A DNA stretch of 64,000 nt from Acidilobaceae archaeon (GCA_038824665.1 JAWBBK010000001.1:128001-192000); one strand, 5' to 3'. Shown: positions 28,310 through 40,207, counted from the first letter of the stretch. A program made the numbers and translations. The notes: a model not told the origin generated them from the letters alone.

Positions 28310-28990
28310 TCAGTTTCCATCATCTAACCTGCGCTTGAGAGGCTGAGGTATTATCAGAGCGGTCTTCTCAAGCCCTTCTTTAAAGGGTAGTTCGAACTTG
28401 TTTGAACTCATTCTCAGCCTCTGAGCTTTAGCTATATTTAAGAAGCTATCGAGAGGATCGAGAGGAAGCATAGAACCCGGTAGCCAATAGTGGAGAGGCA
28501 TAACCATTTTAGGTTCTAAAATTCTAACGAGATGCCAAGCTTCTCCTCCATCTATAGTGTAAACTCCTCCTATGGGGAGCATCAAAAGGTCTACCTCTTT
28601 AAATTCGTGAAGCTGGTCTTCTTGAGGCACGTGTCCTATGTCTCCTAAGTGACAGATTCTAATTTTCTCGATCTCCAAACAATATGCTGCGACAAGTCCT
28701 CTCAGCTTGCCTCTGTTCTTGTCATGATAGAACTCTCGTCCTACTATTTTAACGTCATGAAAAGTCCTCTCTCCTTTGGCTGACTCTAAAACTATAGAGT
28801 TAGGTCCTTTAGCTACCGATATAGCGTTGTGATCGTAATGGTTATGAGTAATGAGGACTAAGTCAGCATTCAGTGAGCACGTCGGTAGCCCTACGCTCAA
28901 ACCATCGTGTGGGTCTATAGCTATAGTGAGTCCCTTTTCTATTAACCTTAAAACCACATAAGAGTGATTACACCACATGATTTCGATCAC
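28310..28990 (-). CDS. MBL-fold metallo-hydrolase
   Basis: IDPH, THNHYDH, HLGDIGH, PIGG.YT, PLHY. Confidence 0.88.
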   Translation of the reverse strand: MIEIMWCNHSYVVLRLIEKGLTIAIDPHDGLSVGLPTCSLNADLVLITHNHYDHNAISVAKGPNSIVLESAKGERTFHDVKIVGREFYHDKNRGKLRGLVAAYCLEIEKIRICHLGDIGHVPQEDQLHEFKEVDLLMLPIGGVYTIDGGEAWHLVRILEPKMVMPLHYWLPGSMLPLDPLDSFLNIAKAQRLRMSSNKFELPFKEGLEKTALIIPQPLKRRLDDGN

Positions 28991-29075
28991 TAGACGCTCC
29001 CTAGGCGGATGGTTATTCTCGACTTAATTTATTAATTTAATTAGGGTAGCTGTTCTATCAGCTGGTGACCTCTGG

Positions 29076-30320
29076 TTGTTGAATTTCAACGACCTTAGAA
29101 TAGCTACTTTAGACGATGTCGATGTGAGAGGTCGACGTGTGCTCTTGAGGGTCGACTTTAACTCCCCAGTTAACCCAGAAACAGGCGAACTAATTGACGA
29201 CACGAGAATTAAGTCACATAGAGAAACGATGTTAGAACTTATTGAAAAGGAAGCTATGGTGGTGGTTGTAAGCCATCAGGGTAGACCTTTCGATAAAGAC
29301 TTCATCAGCTTAAGACAACACTCCTACGTTTTGAGTAAAGTTTTGAATCATGAGGTAAAGTTCGTAGAGGACATATGTTTCGACTCGGCGATTAAAGCAA
29401 TAAAGAATATGAAGTCAGGAGAGGTCTTGGTCCTTGAAAACGTCAGATTGCTCGCTGAAGAAAACATTGAGGGAACTCCCGAACAACATGCTAAAAGCTA
29501 TTTGGTCGCTAAATTAGCTCCTCTCTTCTCGCTCTATATAAATGACGCGTTTTCAGCTTGTCATAGAAGTCAGGCTAGTCTCGTAGGCTTTCCTTTGAGA
29601 CTTCTAGGAGTAGCCGGAAGGCTACTAGAGAAGGAGGTAAGAGCTTTAGCGAGAGCTCTCGAGACAGGAGCTCGCCCACGAGCTTTAGTGGTCGGTGGCT
29701 CTAAGGTCGACGACGTCCTCAAATCTGTAGATAAAGCTCTAGTCAGAGGGGTCGTGGATTTGGTGCTGACTACGGGCGTTATTGCTCTAACGTTCTTAGC
29801 TAGCAAGGGTCAAATCCCTCCAGACATCGTTCCTAAACAAGCCAGAGATGAGAAGTTGCTCGTCTTGGCTAAAAAGATCCTAAGCGAACATAAAGACAAG
29901 ATCCTTACGCCTATAGATTTCGTAGTTGAAGAGAGTAGTCAAGTTTCGGCTAAACATATTGAGAAACTAACCACTCCCCCTAAAGACATAGGTCCCGAAA
30001 CTGTAGAAAGCTATGGTAGAGCGCTAGAAAGAGCTGGGCTCATAGTAATGAAGGGACCAGCTGGGGTGATAGAGGATCCGAGATTCAGACGGGGCACAGA
30101 GGAGTTAGTCATACGGGCTCTTAAGTCTAACGCGTTTACGATATTTGGTGGAGGACATCTGATTTCTATCGTAGAACAAATGCCTGAAGACTTACGAAAG
30201 CGTGTAGGTCATCTCAGCGTTGCTGGAGGAGCTCTTTTGTATGGGCTAGCAGGAGAGAGACTACCCTGTCTTGAAGCTCTCTCTCGTTCTGCAAGTCTAT
30301 TCGGTCTGAACTCAACTTAG
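29076..30320 (+). CDS. pgk: Phosphoglycerate kinase
   Basis: RVDFNSP, SHQGRP, LENVR, NDAFSACHR, DIGPET, GGGH. Confidence 0.95.
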   Translation: MLNFNDLRIATLDDVDVRGRRVLLRVDFNSPVNPETGELIDDTRIKSHRETMLELIEKEAMVVVVSHQGRPFDKDFISLRQHSYVLSKVLNHEVKFVEDICFDSAIKAIKNMKSGEVLVLENVRLLAEENIEGTPEQHAKSYLVAKLAPLFSLYINDAFSACHRSQASLVGFPLRLLGVAGRLLEKEVRALARALETGARPRALVVGGSKVDDVLKSVDKALVRGVVDLVLTTGVIALTFLASKGQIPPDIVPKQARDEKLLVLAKKILSEHKDKILTPIDFVVEESSQVSAKHIEKLTTPPKDIGPETVESYGRALERAGLIVMKGPAGVIEDPRFRRGTEELVIRALKSNAFTIFGGGHLISIVEQMPEDLRKRVGHLSVAGGALLYGLAGERLPCLEALSRSASLFGLNST

Positions 30321-30429
30321 AGCGTACATAGGGAAGACCGGAGAGCCTTAAGCTATGATCTAATCTAACAAATTTTTTACAAAAACACTTAAAGGACAGT
30401 TCGCCTTCTTCTCGATACGGCTGGTCGAG

Positions 30430-31461
30430 GTGAGGCCAATCAGAGTAGGCGTTATAGGTTACGGAACCATAGGCAAAAGGGTTGCTCAAGCTGTTCTTAA
30501 ACAAGACGATATGGTTTTAGAAGGTGTTTGTGAAGTCGCTCCCAGCTACGCTACTCTTCAGGCTTTCAAAAGTGGGGTTAAGATCTACGTGAGCAAACAG
30601 GAGAACGTGAAGTTGTTCGAAGAGTTAGGAATCAAAGTTTCGGGGCTTCTAGAAGACTTGCTCAACAAAATAGATGTGGTAGTTGATGCTACACCAGCTG
30701 GAGTGGGAGAGAAAAATAAACCCATATACGAGAAGTTCGGAATCAAACAGGTTTATGAGGGAGGCGAGAAAGCTCACGTAGCTCAGCTATCTTTCAGCTC
30801 TCTCTGTAACTACGAAGAAGCCGTAGGCAAGAGTAGCGCTAGAGTGGTCTCATGTAACACCACAGCTCTTCTAAGACTCATCTGTACTCTACATAAAAGC
30901 TTTGGGGTGGAGAAAGTTCAAGCTGTCATAATCAGAAGAGGAGCCGACCCTAAGGAGGTTGAAAGAGGTCCAATAAATTCAGTAGAGCTTGACCCTCCTA
31001 AAACACCTAGTCATCACGCGTATGATGTAAAGACAGTTCTTCCATGGCTAGACATATACACAGCTGCGGTCGTGGTTCCGACAACGCTCATGCATGTACA
31101 CCACGTTACTCTCAGGCTCACACGCGATGTAGAGAAGAAAGACGTGATTAATGTGCTAAGCGAGGCTCCACGGATCATGTTGATTCCAGCAACACGTTTG
31201 AAGATCTCGGGGACAGCAGGCATAGTTGAAGCGGCTCGAGAGGTCAGACAAAGATATGATGTTCCAGAACTCATGATATTTGAGGACTCCATTTCGGTTT
31301 CAGGTAGAGAGGTCCATCTATTTCAGGCAGTTCATCAGGAGTCAATAGTGATCCCTGAGAACGTAGACGCTATAAGAGCTCTAGCTGGCATAGAGAAGTC
31401 TCCAGAGGTCTCGATAAAGAAAACAGACAAGTCGCTAGGTCTCACTAAGTCTCTCTGGTAG
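30430..31461 (+). CDS. gap: Glyceraldehyde-3-phosphate dehydrogenase, archaeal type II
   Basis: GYGTIGKRVA, VVSCNTT, PSHH, HQESIVIPENVDAIRA. Confidence 0.95.
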   Translation: MRPIRVGVIGYGTIGKRVAQAVLKQDDMVLEGVCEVAPSYATLQAFKSGVKIYVSKQENVKLFEELGIKVSGLLEDLLNKIDVVVDATPAGVGEKNKPIYEKFGIKQVYEGGEKAHVAQLSFSSLCNYEEAVGKSSARVVSCNTTALLRLICTLHKSFGVEKVQAVIIRRGADPKEVERGPINSVELDPPKTPSHHAYDVKTVLPWLDIYTAAVVVPTTLMHVHHVTLRLTRDVEKKDVINVLSEAPRIMLIPATRLKISGTAGIVEAAREVRQRYDVPELMIFEDSISVSGREVHLFQAVHQESIVIPENVDAIRALAGIEKSPEVSIKKTDKSLGLTKSLW

Positions 31462-31544
31462 AGAGCGAGAGAGCGTAAGAACTCTCGCTTCCACAAAACT
31501 TTTTAAATGTCTCCAGAGCCCGAATCAGATAGTCGGGTATGTGT

Positions 31545-31618
31545 GGGCCCGTAGCTCAGCCTGGTAGAGCGGCGGGCTCTTAACCCGTAGGTCCCGGGTT
31601 CAAATCCCGGCGGGCCCG
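31545..31618 (+). tRNA. tRNA-Lys(CTT), intron-less, CCA not encoded
   Basis: GGGCCCG..GCGGG CT CTT AA CCCGT..TTCAAAT..CGGGCCC G. Confidence 0.95.
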
Positions 31619-31737
31619 TCACATCATTTTAGGGGCTCCATGAACTTTCCTTTTGCGATAGTTTTTTAAGAACTCCCTAGAACTAAGGGGATCTTCAAAA
31701 CGCTTAATAGTTTGTCTAGAACTTCCTTCGTAGAGGA

Positions 31738-31828
31738 GCCGCCGTAGCTCAGCTCGGTAGAGCGCCGGCCTCGTAACGGTATGCGAGCAAGCCGGTGGTC
31801 GCGGGTTCAAATCCCGCCGGCGGCTCCA
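31738..31828 (+). tRNA. tRNA-Thr(CGT) with 14-nt intron at 37/38 (31776-31789)
   Basis: GCCGCCG..CCGGC CT CGT A [ACGGTATGCGAGCA] A GCCGG..; CTCG/CGAG BHB helix; encoded CCA. Confidence 0.93.
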
Positions 31829-31845
31829 TCTTAGAAAGCTCCATC

Positions 31846-32274
31846 TTAAAAAGAGATTTTCCTTCTGCTAGCAATTGCTGCCAACACTTTAGAGTGTAAC
31901 CTCTCTAGCTTGTTGATCACGCTGACATCTAGGACGTCTCTCTCGATAGCCCAAGAAAGGAGTTCAGAGAGCCCGGAGACTAGGTCTTCTACCATTATCT
32001 TGACGTACTCCCGAACTTCTTCTTCTTCCGCTATTTCAAGTAACTTGATTAAGGTCTCATCGCTAGGATGTGTCGCACCGGACTTATATTTACTTATAGC
32101 GGCTATTGAGACATCTAGAGCTTCAGAGAGTTCTTTCAAGGTCCTACGTGAAAGGGCTTCCTCAATTATCTTCTTTCTCGCCTCTTTGCTGAGAAGATGG
32201 ACGAACTTGTTGTTCAAGTTCCAATACCCACAGTCATCAGATGAGCTTAGAAGATTTAACGAGAACACCTTCAA
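31846..32274 (-). CDS. XRE-type HTH protein
   Basis: LKELSEALDVSIAAISKYKSGATHPSD. Confidence 0.8.
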   Translation of the reverse strand: MKVFSLNLLSSSDDCGYWNLNNKFVHLLSKEARKKIIEEALSRRTLKELSEALDVSIAAISKYKSGATHPSDETLIKLLEIAEEEEVREYVKIMVEDLVSGLSELLSWAIERDVLDVSVINKLERLHSKVLAAIASRRKISF

Positions 32275-32538
32275 ACAGAGCTAACCATCCTTTTAGCTCT
32301 TCTGAGCATTTGATTATACCTTACTTCTTGACGCTCTACCTGCTGAGAGTTACTTTCATCTTTTTGTTATGATGTACATATAAAAGTACTAAGATATCTA
32401 GAAATATAAATAACAGAGCCTGTGAGAGAGCGGACGGACTATGTGGAGTTCTCAAGTTAGCTTAGCAGACCCTTCTTTGGAGAGGAGACAGGAATTTAAG
32501 GTTGGCGTTTAGAGTCCAAAGGGGGTGGGCTTAAACAC

Positions 32539-32802
32539 ATGAGTTCGAGCGGTCTAAGTAGAAAGATACTAGAGCATGAGTTGGTGCCAGAACATAGAGT
32601 GCTTAGCTTAGAAGAAGCAATAGAGGTGCTTCAAAAACTAGGTGTGAAGCCCTGGCAGCTTCCTCAAATAAACATAAACGACCCCGTGGTGAGACTCTTG
32701 GGAGCAAAGCCTGGAGACATAATTGAAATAAAAAGGAAAACGCCGCGAGGAGACGTGAGCATAGCTTATAGAATCGTTGTTGCTTTTGAAAAGAAGAAAT
32801 AA
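32539..32802 (+). CDS. rpoH: RNA polymerase subunit Rpo5 (H)
   Basis: [26 protein letters not shown]. Confidence 0.96.
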   Translation: MSSSGLSRKILEHELVPEHRVLSLEEAIEVLQKLGVKPWQLPQININDPVVRLLGAKPGDIIEIKRKTPRGDVSIAYRIVVAFEKKK

Positions 32803-32816
32803 GGGGGGGTTCATTA

Positions 32817-35800
32817 ATGCGTAAAAAAACTCATCAACAAGCTATAACTCCCGAAGATCTGTGGGTTGTGTTCAAATCTTATGTAGAGTCTTTGGGATTA
32901 GCTAGACAGCACTTAGACTCCTATAACAAGTTTGTTACGAAGAAGTTAGCTGAAATAGTCAAAGCCAACTCCGAGGTTAGACCTGCTTGGTGGAGAATAA
33001 AGAAAACACAGGTGGTCGGAGCTCCTGAAATGAAAGTCGTCATAACGGTCCTCGAGAAGCCAGAGCAGGCTTTTGGAAAGCCCATGGTTAAAGAGGCAGA
33101 CGGCTATCAGCATCCAATAACTCCCTACGAGTGCAGGATTAGAGACATATCCTACGTAGCTCCTCTCTACGCAGAGGTGGCTTTAGTTCAAGACGGAGTA
33201 GAAGTTGAAAGAAAGGTCGTTAAGATAGCTGACTTTCCCATAATGGTCAAGTCGGCTATAGACCCTCTCAGCAAGCTTAAACCGGAAGAACTCATAGCTA
33301 TAGGCGAAGATCCTCGAGATCCAGGAGGGTATTTCATAATAAACGGCAACGAGAAGGTCATAGTGGCTCAAGAGGACCTAGCTGTGAACAGAATAATAGT
33401 TGGTCCTGCTCAAGCCGGTACGGCTAGGATTACTCATTCGGCTAAAGTAGTCTCTACAGCACTAGGAGTCAGAAGACAAGTCATTGTCGATAGGATGAGC
33501 GATGGTAGCCTTGAGGTAACGGTCTCCAAGCTGAACTACAGAATACCCTTCGTAGTCCTTATGAGAGCTTTAGGTTTAGAGAAGGATATCGAAATAGTCT
33601 TGGCTGTTTCGACAGATCCCGAGGTTCAGAGAGAACTCTTACCGAGCTTTGAGAAAGTAGTTGAAATTGTGAGGACCACAGAAGATGCGCTCAAGTTCTT
33701 AGGCAATAGGCTCGCACCTGGACAGCCAGTTGAAGTGAGAATAGGGAGAGCAGAAGAGTTCCTCGACAAACAACTCCTACCCCATTTGGGCACTAGCCCT
33801 AAGGACAGAAAGAGGAAGGCTTATTATTTAGCTGAGATGGCTCGAAGAGTTATAGAGTGCTATCTCGGAAAAAGGAGTCCTGACGATAAAGACCATTATT
33901 CAAACAAGAGGATAAGGCTGGCTGGCGACCTGATAGCAGAGATCTTCAGGGAGTCCTATGAAGCTCTTGTCAGAAACATTCAGAGCAGAATGGAGGAAAT
34001 GATATCGCAGAGAAGAAAGGTAAGGATCATCAACTTAATTCGAAGCGACATAATATCGGAAAGACTAAGAACAGCTATAGCTACAGGGAACTGGAGTCTA
34101 GAGAGAACAGGGATAAGTCAGGCTTTAGATAGAACCAACTGGATCAGTCTTTTAAGTCATTTGCGTAGAGTGGTTTCTCCTTTAAGCAAAGTCCAGGCTC
34201 ACTTTGAAGCTAGAGACCTTCATGGAACCCATTGGGGTAGACTGTGTCCCTTTGAGACTCCTGAAGGTATAAACTGCGGTCTCGTAAAGAACCTAGCCTT
34301 ATACTCTTACATATCTGTAGGTGTCGATGAGACCTTCGTTGAGAACATGTTATATGAAGAGTTTGGGGTTCAGAATATAGAAGAGCTGATCTCAACAGCG
34401 TTGAAGAACGGAACTCCTCCCGAGGTTATGGTTAAAGGAGCTAGAGTACTTCTTAACGGTAGACCTATAGGGTATCATCCAGATGGAGAGGCTCTAGTCA
34501 ATGACCTCAGAAGCAGAAGAAGGTCTAACATGCTCTGTAGCGGCAGAGCACTTGAGCACAGATGTTTTGAGATAAGCGTCGCTCACATAAAGACGGAGTT
34601 CATAGACGAGGTTTACATCAACACCGATGAAGGCAGACTTATGAGACCATTGGTCTTGGTCGAAGACGGAAAGCCCAAACTAACTAAAGAGCACGTGGAG
34701 AAACTCAAGACAGGCGAGATCACAATTTGGGACTTAGTTGAAGAGGGCATTATTGAATTCTTAGACCCTGATGAAGAAGAGAACGCATACATAGCTGAAC
34801 TTCCTAGCGACCTGACTCAAGAACACACTCATTTAGAGCTGTGGCCTCCCGGCATATTAGGCGTTGCAGCATCTACGATACCGTATGCTGAGCATAATCA
34901 AAGCCCCAGAAACACCTATCAGTCGGCTATGGCAAAACAGGCATTAGGGCTTTACGCTCTTAATTACAAATTCAGAATGGATAGCCACTCTTATTTGCTT
35001 CAATATCCTCAGAGACCCATAGTTCAAACTAAAGGCTTAGAACTCATAGGTTATAACGAAAGACCTTCAGGACAAAACATGGTTTTGGCTATCCTGCCTT
35101 TCGAGGGCTATAACATGGAAGACGCAATAGTTTTCAACAAAACATCCATAGACTACGGGTTAGCGCGAGCATACTTCTTCCGCACTTACATAGCTCAAGA
35201 ACAAGACTATCCGGGAGGTCTAAGCGATAAAATAACGGTTCCCTCTCCAAAGCTTTATGACCACAAGGGGGATCACTACTACAGGAAGCTCTCACCTGAC
35301 GGAGTTATATGGCCAGAGGTAGAGGTTAGCGGAGGAGACGTTCTCGTTGGAAGAGAGAGTCCTCCCAGGTTTATGGGTGAGGAGAGAGTCATATCGACAG
35401 CTCTCATGTCATACAGAGATACCAGCATACAGCTCAGATACGGAGAGTCGGGTATTGTGGACACAGTGGTCTTAACAAAGACTTTAGAGAAGAACAAGCT
35501 GGTCAAGGTGAGAGTGAGAGATCAGAGAATACCCGAGATCGGAGACAAGTTTGCGACAAGACACGGACAGAAAGGAGTTATAGGGATGCTATATCCAGCT
35601 TACGACTTACCGTATACAGAAGAAGGTATAATTCCAGACGTTATAATGAATCCTCATGCCATACCTTCTAGAATGACGGTAGGCCAGATATTAGAGGTTA
35701 TAGCTGGAAAAGTGGGAGCAATTAAGGCTAGATACGTAGATGCCACACCTTTCTATAAAGAGGTTATTGACTCGCTTAAAATAGAGCTGTTGAAATCTGG

Positions 35801-36314
35801 ATACGATCCGAACTCGAGAGAGATCCTATATGACGGTAGAACGGGCGAGATCATAGAGAATCCAATAGTCATAGGCATATCGTTTTACCAGAGGCTATAC
35901 CACATGGTGTCAGACAAGATGCACGCCAGAGCTACAGGAAAGGTACAACTCCTCACAAGACAACCTACAGAAGGTAAGGCTAGACAAGGAGGTCTGAGGT
36001 TTGGCGAAATGGAGAGAGATAGCCTAGTAGGTCATGGAGCCTCAATGTTAGTGCGAGAGCGTCTTCTAGAGTCTAGCGACGTTTACGTTATGTATGTATG
36101 TAACTTCTGTGGACATATCTCTTGGTTTAACAGAAAGAAGGGGGTCTACGAGTGTCCTATTCATGGAGAGGAAGGAGACGTGAAGCCCGTTAAAGTCCCC
36201 TATGCATTCAAGCTGCTTCTGCAAGAGTTGCTAAGTATGGGTATAAAGCCAGAGATCAAGGTATCCGATAAGATCTCGTTGCTAAGACGAGAGCTTACTG
36301 GAGAAAGCGAATAG
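32817..36314 (+). CDS. rpoB: RNA polymerase subunit Rpo2 (B, unsplit)
   Basis: DPGGYFIING, ETPEG, GDKFATRHGQKG, GGLRFGEMERD. Confidence 0.98.
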   Translation: MRKKTHQQAITPEDLWVVFKSYVESLGLARQHLDSYNKFVTKKLAEIVKANSEVRPAWWRIKKTQVVGAPEMKVVITVLEKPEQAFGKPMVKEADGYQHPITPYECRIRDISYVAPLYAEVALVQDGVEVERKVVKIADFPIMVKSAIDPLSKLKPEELIAIGEDPRDPGGYFIINGNEKVIVAQEDLAVNRIIVGPAQAGTARITHSAKVVSTALGVRRQVIVDRMSDGSLEVTVSKLNYRIPFVVLMRALGLEKDIEIVLAVSTDPEVQRELLPSFEKVVEIVRTTEDALKFLGNRLAPGQPVEVRIGRAEEFLDKQLLPHLGTSPKDRKRKAYYLAEMARRVIECYLGKRSPDDKDHYSNKRIRLAGDLIAEIFRESYEALVRNIQSRMEEMISQRRKVRIINLIRSDIISERLRTAIATGNWSLERTGISQALDRTNWISLLSHLRRVVSPLSKVQAHFEARDLHGTHWGRLCPFETPEGINCGLVKNLALYSYISVGVDETFVENMLYEEFGVQNIEELISTALKNGTPPEVMVKGARVLLNGRPIGYHPDGEALVNDLRSRRRSNMLCSGRALEHRCFEISVAHIKTEFIDEVYINTDEGRLMRPLVLVEDGKPKLTKEHVEKLKTGEITIWDLVEEGIIEFLDPDEEENAYIAELPSDLTQEHTHLELWPPGILGVAASTIPYAEHNQSPRNTYQSAMAKQALGLYALNYKFRMDSHSYLLQYPQRPIVQTKGLELIGYNERPSGQNMVLAILPFEGYNMEDAIVFNKTSIDYGLARAYFFRTYIAQEQDYPGGLSDKITVPSPKLYDHKGDHYYRKLSPDGVIWPEVEVSGGDVLVGRESPPRFMGEERVISTALMSYRDTSIQLRYGESGIVDTVVLTKTLEKNKLVKVRVRDQRIPEIGDKFATRHGQKGVIGMLYPAYDLPYTEEGIIPDVIMNPHAIPSRMTVGQILEVIAGKVGAIKARYVDATPFYKEVIDSLKIELLKSGYDPNSREILYDGRTGEIIENPIVIGISFYQRLYHMVSDKMHARATGKVQLLTRQPTEGKARQGGLRFGEMERDSLVGHGASMLVRERLLESSDVYVMYVCNFCGHISWFNRKKGVYECPIHGEEGDVKPVKVPYAFKLLLQELLSMGIKPEIKVSDKISLLRRELTGESE

Positions 36315-36319
36315 AAAGG

Positions 36320-39004
36320 GTGGGACCAATGGTCGTCGTGAGACGCGAGCTTGTTGAAGAGGCATATGTTATTGAATCCATATTCTTCGGTCTTCTATCA
36401 CCTCAAGAAATAAGAAAGATGTCAAGAACCAGCATAGTCAGATCCGACATATACGAACCCGACGGCTCTCCAGTAGTCGGAGGATTGAGAGACCCTAGTC
36501 TGGGGGCTATAGAGCCCGGAGAAAGATGTCCTGTTTGTGGGAACACGAGAGAAGAGTGTCCCGGTCACTTCGGAAGGTTGGAGCTTGCAAGGCCCGTTCT
36601 CATACCGCACGCAGGCGAGTACATTCATCTTGTACTTCAAGCTACTTGTAGAAGATGTGGTAGAATCAAGATCCCACCAGACAAGTTAGCTAAGTACAAG
36701 AGCATTCTTAAGAGACTTAAGAAGTGGTCCAGATTAGCTGAGGCCTTCACTAAGTCTGTAGCTAGAGAGGCTTCCAATGAGACTACATGTCCTTATTGTG
36801 GAGAGAGGAACTTCAAGATAAGATTCATCAGACCGATAATATTTTATGAGGCCGGAGTGGAGGGAGAGGTTAGACTCAATCCTCTTCAAATCCGAGAGAG
36901 GTTGGAAAGAGTTCCTAACGAGGACGTAGAACTCTTAGGTTTAGACCCTCAGCGAGCTAGACCCGAATGGGCTGTACTAACGGTTCTTCCCATACCGCCT
37001 CTTTCTGTAAGGCCTCCAATAACTCTAGAGACAGGTATGAGAGCTGAAGACGATTTAGCACATGCCTTGGCCGAGATCGTCAGATACAACGAGAAGCTTA
37101 AGAGTCTCATATCTACAAACGCTCCCGAGCATATGGTTGAAGACGCTTGGATAGCTCTCCAACAGCTAGTAGCTGCTTATTTCGATAACGAGCTTCCCAA
37201 CGTGATCCAACTCATGCATAGAGGTAAAAGACCTCTTAAGACTCTAGCTCAGAGGCTTAAGGGGAAGGAGGGAAGGCTTAGAGGGAACCTTTCGGGAAAG
37301 AGAGTAAACTTCTCTTCAAGGACAGTCATAAGCCCAGATCCTTGGATAAGCATAAATGAGGTCGGAGTTCCAGAAGATGTAGCGAAAACTCTCACAGTTC
37401 AAGTTCGAGTGACTCCTTATAATATAGAGGAACTTCGAAGATATGTAAAGAACGGACCTTATGTCTGGCCCGGCGCCGCTTTTGTATACAAAGCTGACAC
37501 GGATAAGAAGATCGACCTCAGATACTATAAGAACTACCGGCAGGTAGCCGACGAGCTGAAGCCTGGAGATATAGTTGAGAGGCATCTAGTTGATGGAGAC
37601 ATAGTTTTATTCAACAGACAACCTACTCTACACAGAATGTCAATAATGGGACATATCGTTAAGGTCATGAAGGGCAAGACTTTTAGAATAAACCCGCTAG
37701 TTTGTCCACCTTATAACGCAGACTTCGATGGTGACGAGATGAACCTACACGTTCCGAGACTCGAGGAAGCTAGAGCAGAAGCTAGAGAGATCCTGCTCGT
37801 AGAAAAGCACATATTGACGCCGAGGTATGGAGGTCCGATAATAGGAGGCAGACAAGATTACGTGAGCGGAGCTTTCCTACTCTCTTTGAAGACTACCCTC
37901 TTAACTCGAGAACAGCTTTTGATGTTCATCGGGGCTAGCGGGCGACTCGTAGAGGTCCCAGAGCCAGCTATACTCAAACCAGGTCCTTACTGGACTGGAA
38001 AGCAATTGGTCAGTCTCTTTCTACCAAAAGACTTCAACTACAGGGGCAGAGCTAAGTTTAGTAGCGGAACTTTAAGGTGTGATAACGAACTCTGTATGTA
38101 TGACTCTTTCGTTGTAGTAAGAAACGGCAAGTTGCTTATGGGGGCTCTGGATAAGAACTCTATAGGAGCAGAACAACCTGGAGCCATTATACATCTCATC
38201 GCTTTAGAATATGGAGAGAAGAAGTGCGCAGAACTAATGGATACACTTTTCAGAATCTTTATAAGGGCTCTTGAAGCTAAAGGGTTAACTATGTCTTATA
38301 GCGAAATAGAGGTGCCTCCTAGCGCCAGAAACGAGATAAACGAGTTGATTGAAGAAGTCAGAAACGAGATAAACGAGTTGATCAGACAGTATCGAGAAGG
38401 TAGCTTAGAACTGATACCCGGTAGGACAGCTGAAGAAAGTCTTGAACTCAAGATAATTGAGAGATTACAGAAGCTCAGAACGACTTCTGGAGATTCTACA
38501 ATCAAGTACTTCGGCATGGATAATGGGGTCTTCATTATGGCTAGGACAGGCGCTAGAGGAAGCGATGTCAACATCACACAGATGGCTACTATGTTAGGAC
38601 AACAAACGATTAGAGGTAAGAGAATAATCAGAGGCTTTAGAACCAGAACTCTTCCTCACTTTAAACATAATGACTTGAGCCCCGAGGCTAGAGGCTTCAT
38701 AAAAGGCAACTTTAGAGACGGTTTGAGACCTACAGAACTCTTTTTCCATACAGTGGCAGGAAGAGAGGGTCTCGTAGACACGGCTGTAAAGACCTCTCAA
38801 AGCGGCTACATGCAGAGGAGGCTGATAAATGCTCTACAAGATATCGTGGTATACAGTGACGGAACAGTTCGAGATCTTTGGAACAACGTGATCCAGTTTA
38901 AGTATGGAGAAGACGGTGTCGACCCCTCTAGAACTTATCACGGAGTTCCTGTTGATATAGATAGAATCATTGAGAGAGTCAGGTCCAAGAGGTGGGTGAA
39001 GTGA
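36320..39004 (+). CDS. rpoA1: RNA polymerase subunit Rpo1N (A')
   Basis: [39 protein letters not shown]. Confidence 0.98.
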   Translation: MGPMVVVRRELVEEAYVIESIFFGLLSPQEIRKMSRTSIVRSDIYEPDGSPVVGGLRDPSLGAIEPGERCPVCGNTREECPGHFGRLELARPVLIPHAGEYIHLVLQATCRRCGRIKIPPDKLAKYKSILKRLKKWSRLAEAFTKSVAREASNETTCPYCGERNFKIRFIRPIIFYEAGVEGEVRLNPLQIRERLERVPNEDVELLGLDPQRARPEWAVLTVLPIPPLSVRPPITLETGMRAEDDLAHALAEIVRYNEKLKSLISTNAPEHMVEDAWIALQQLVAAYFDNELPNVIQLMHRGKRPLKTLAQRLKGKEGRLRGNLSGKRVNFSSRTVISPDPWISINEVGVPEDVAKTLTVQVRVTPYNIEELRRYVKNGPYVWPGAAFVYKADTDKKIDLRYYKNYRQVADELKPGDIVERHLVDGDIVLFNRQPTLHRMSIMGHIVKVMKGKTFRINPLVCPPYNADFDGDEMNLHVPRLEEARAEAREILLVEKHILTPRYGGPIIGGRQDYVSGAFLLSLKTTLLTREQLLMFIGASGRLVEVPEPAILKPGPYWTGKQLVSLFLPKDFNYRGRAKFSSGTLRCDNELCMYDSFVVVRNGKLLMGALDKNSIGAEQPGAIIHLIALEYGEKKCAELMDTLFRIFIRALEAKGLTMSYSEIEVPPSARNEINELIEEVRNEINELIRQYREGSLELIPGRTAEESLELKIIERLQKLRTTSGDSTIKYFGMDNGVFIMARTGARGSDVNITQMATMLGQQTIRGKRIIRGFRTRTLPHFKHNDLSPEARGFIKGNFRDGLRPTELFFHTVAGREGLVDTAVKTSQSGYMQRRLINALQDIVVYSDGTVRDLWNNVIQFKYGEDGVDPSRTYHGVPVDIDRIIERVRSKRWVK
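38326..38382 (+). repeat. Perfect 24-bp direct repeat inside rpoA1
   Basis: CAGAAACGAGATAAACGAGTTGAT at 38326 and 38359 (33-nt period). Confidence 0.85.
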
Positions 39005-40206
39005 AGAAGAGAGATCTCATCGATTCTTTAAAGCTAGCCGAGAAAGTGCTTCCTCTAAGTCTCTACTCAGAGTTGAAGAACAAACTAGAAAAGGCGCAAG
39101 ACCTAACTGAAGAAGAGAAAATAGAAGTGGTAGAAGAGACTATAAGAGGATATCTGGCATCATTGGTCCAGCCAGGAGAGCCTGTAGGCACCGTTGCGGC
39201 TCAATCTATTGGTGAGCCCGGAACTCAAATGACTTTAAGGACCTTCCATTATGCTGGACTCATGGAGTTCGACGTTACTCTAGGATTACCCAGACTCATA
39301 GAGATAGTGGACGCTAAGAGCGAGCCCTCAGTGATGATCATGGAGGTCTATCTCGACGAGAACTTCAGATTCGATGAGCAAAAGGCTAGAGAAGTAGCGA
39401 GAAAGCTGGAGTACACTACTTTAGAGAAGGTTATGCAAAGCGTTGAGTACAGCTTAGGGGACAGAAGAATCGTGATCAAGCTCGATCCAGAGATGCTAGA
39501 AGACAAAGGAGTAACTCCAGAGATGGTTCTAAAGGCTCTAGAGTCTCTAAACTTAGGAGATGTTGAGATCACAGAGCCCTACACTGTGGTCCTCAACTTG
39601 AGCGAAAAAGCCCTACCTGAAGAGAAGCTTTATGATTTCAAAGCTTATAGAGACATAGAAGCCAGACTCAGAAAGCTCTACTTGAAGGGGATTAAAGGCA
39701 TAACTAGAACAATAATCAAAGTACGCGAGACTGTGGTCGAAGGAAAGCCTGTCAAGGAATACTATATAGTTACTGAAGGTAGCAACTTAGCTGAAGTTCT
39801 CGAGGTAGAGGGAGTAGACTATAGGAGAACTCGAACCAATAACATCTTCGAGATAGCTGAAGTTCTCGGAATAGAAGCGGCTAGAGCTGTGATAATTAAT
39901 GAGATAATGAAAGTTCTTCAAGACTCGGGGTTAGACGTAGATGTGAGACACGTCATACTCGTAGCCGACATAATGACGTGGACAGGAACTATAAGACAAA
40001 TAGGGAGATTAGGAGTAGCTGGAGAAAAGCCTAGCGTTATAGCCAGAGCAGCTTTCGAAGTCACGGTCAAACACTTTTATGATGCAGCCTTTAGAGGAGC
40101 TAGGGAAAGCTTAAGAGGCGTAACGGAGTCCATCATTGCAGGTCTACCCCCAAGAGTAGGGACCGGACAAGTGTTGCTATCTGTAGAGCGCAGGAGGTCG
40201 AGTTAA
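38992..40206 (+). CDS. rpoA2: RNA polymerase subunit Rpo1C (A'')
   Basis: [41 protein letters not shown]. Confidence 0.97.
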   Translation: MGEVKKRDLIDSLKLAEKVLPLSLYSELKNKLEKAQDLTEEEKIEVVEETIRGYLASLVQPGEPVGTVAAQSIGEPGTQMTLRTFHYAGLMEFDVTLGLPRLIEIVDAKSEPSVMIMEVYLDENFRFDEQKAREVARKLEYTTLEKVMQSVEYSLGDRRIVIKLDPEMLEDKGVTPEMVLKALESLNLGDVEITEPYTVVLNLSEKALPEEKLYDFKAYRDIEARLRKLYLKGIKGITRTIIKVRETVVEGKPVKEYYIVTEGSNLAEVLEVEGVDYRRTRTNNIFEIAEVLGIEAARAVIINEIMKVLQDSGLDVDVRHVILVADIMTWTGTIRQIGRLGVAGEKPSVIARAAFEVTVKHFYDAAFRGARESLRGVTESIIAGLPPRVGTGQVLLSVERRRSS

Positions 40207-40207
40207 G

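Noticed and set aside
31464-31489. AGCGAGAG/CTCTCGCT hairpin after gap as a terminator
   Set aside because: Low-complexity AG-rich arms; archaeal terminators are usually U-tracts; not supportable.
31545-31618. tRNA-Lys(CTT) as another split tRNA
   Set aside because: The gene is complete and contiguous; the upstream hairpin at 31518-31538 is not complementary to any other half.
31619-31810. 63-aa minus-strand ORF
   Set aside because: Antisense shadow of tRNA-Thr.
32817-39004. Inteins in RNA polymerase subunits
   Set aside because: Lengths are normal and no intein terminal motifs or homing endonuclease are visible; only short loop insertions.
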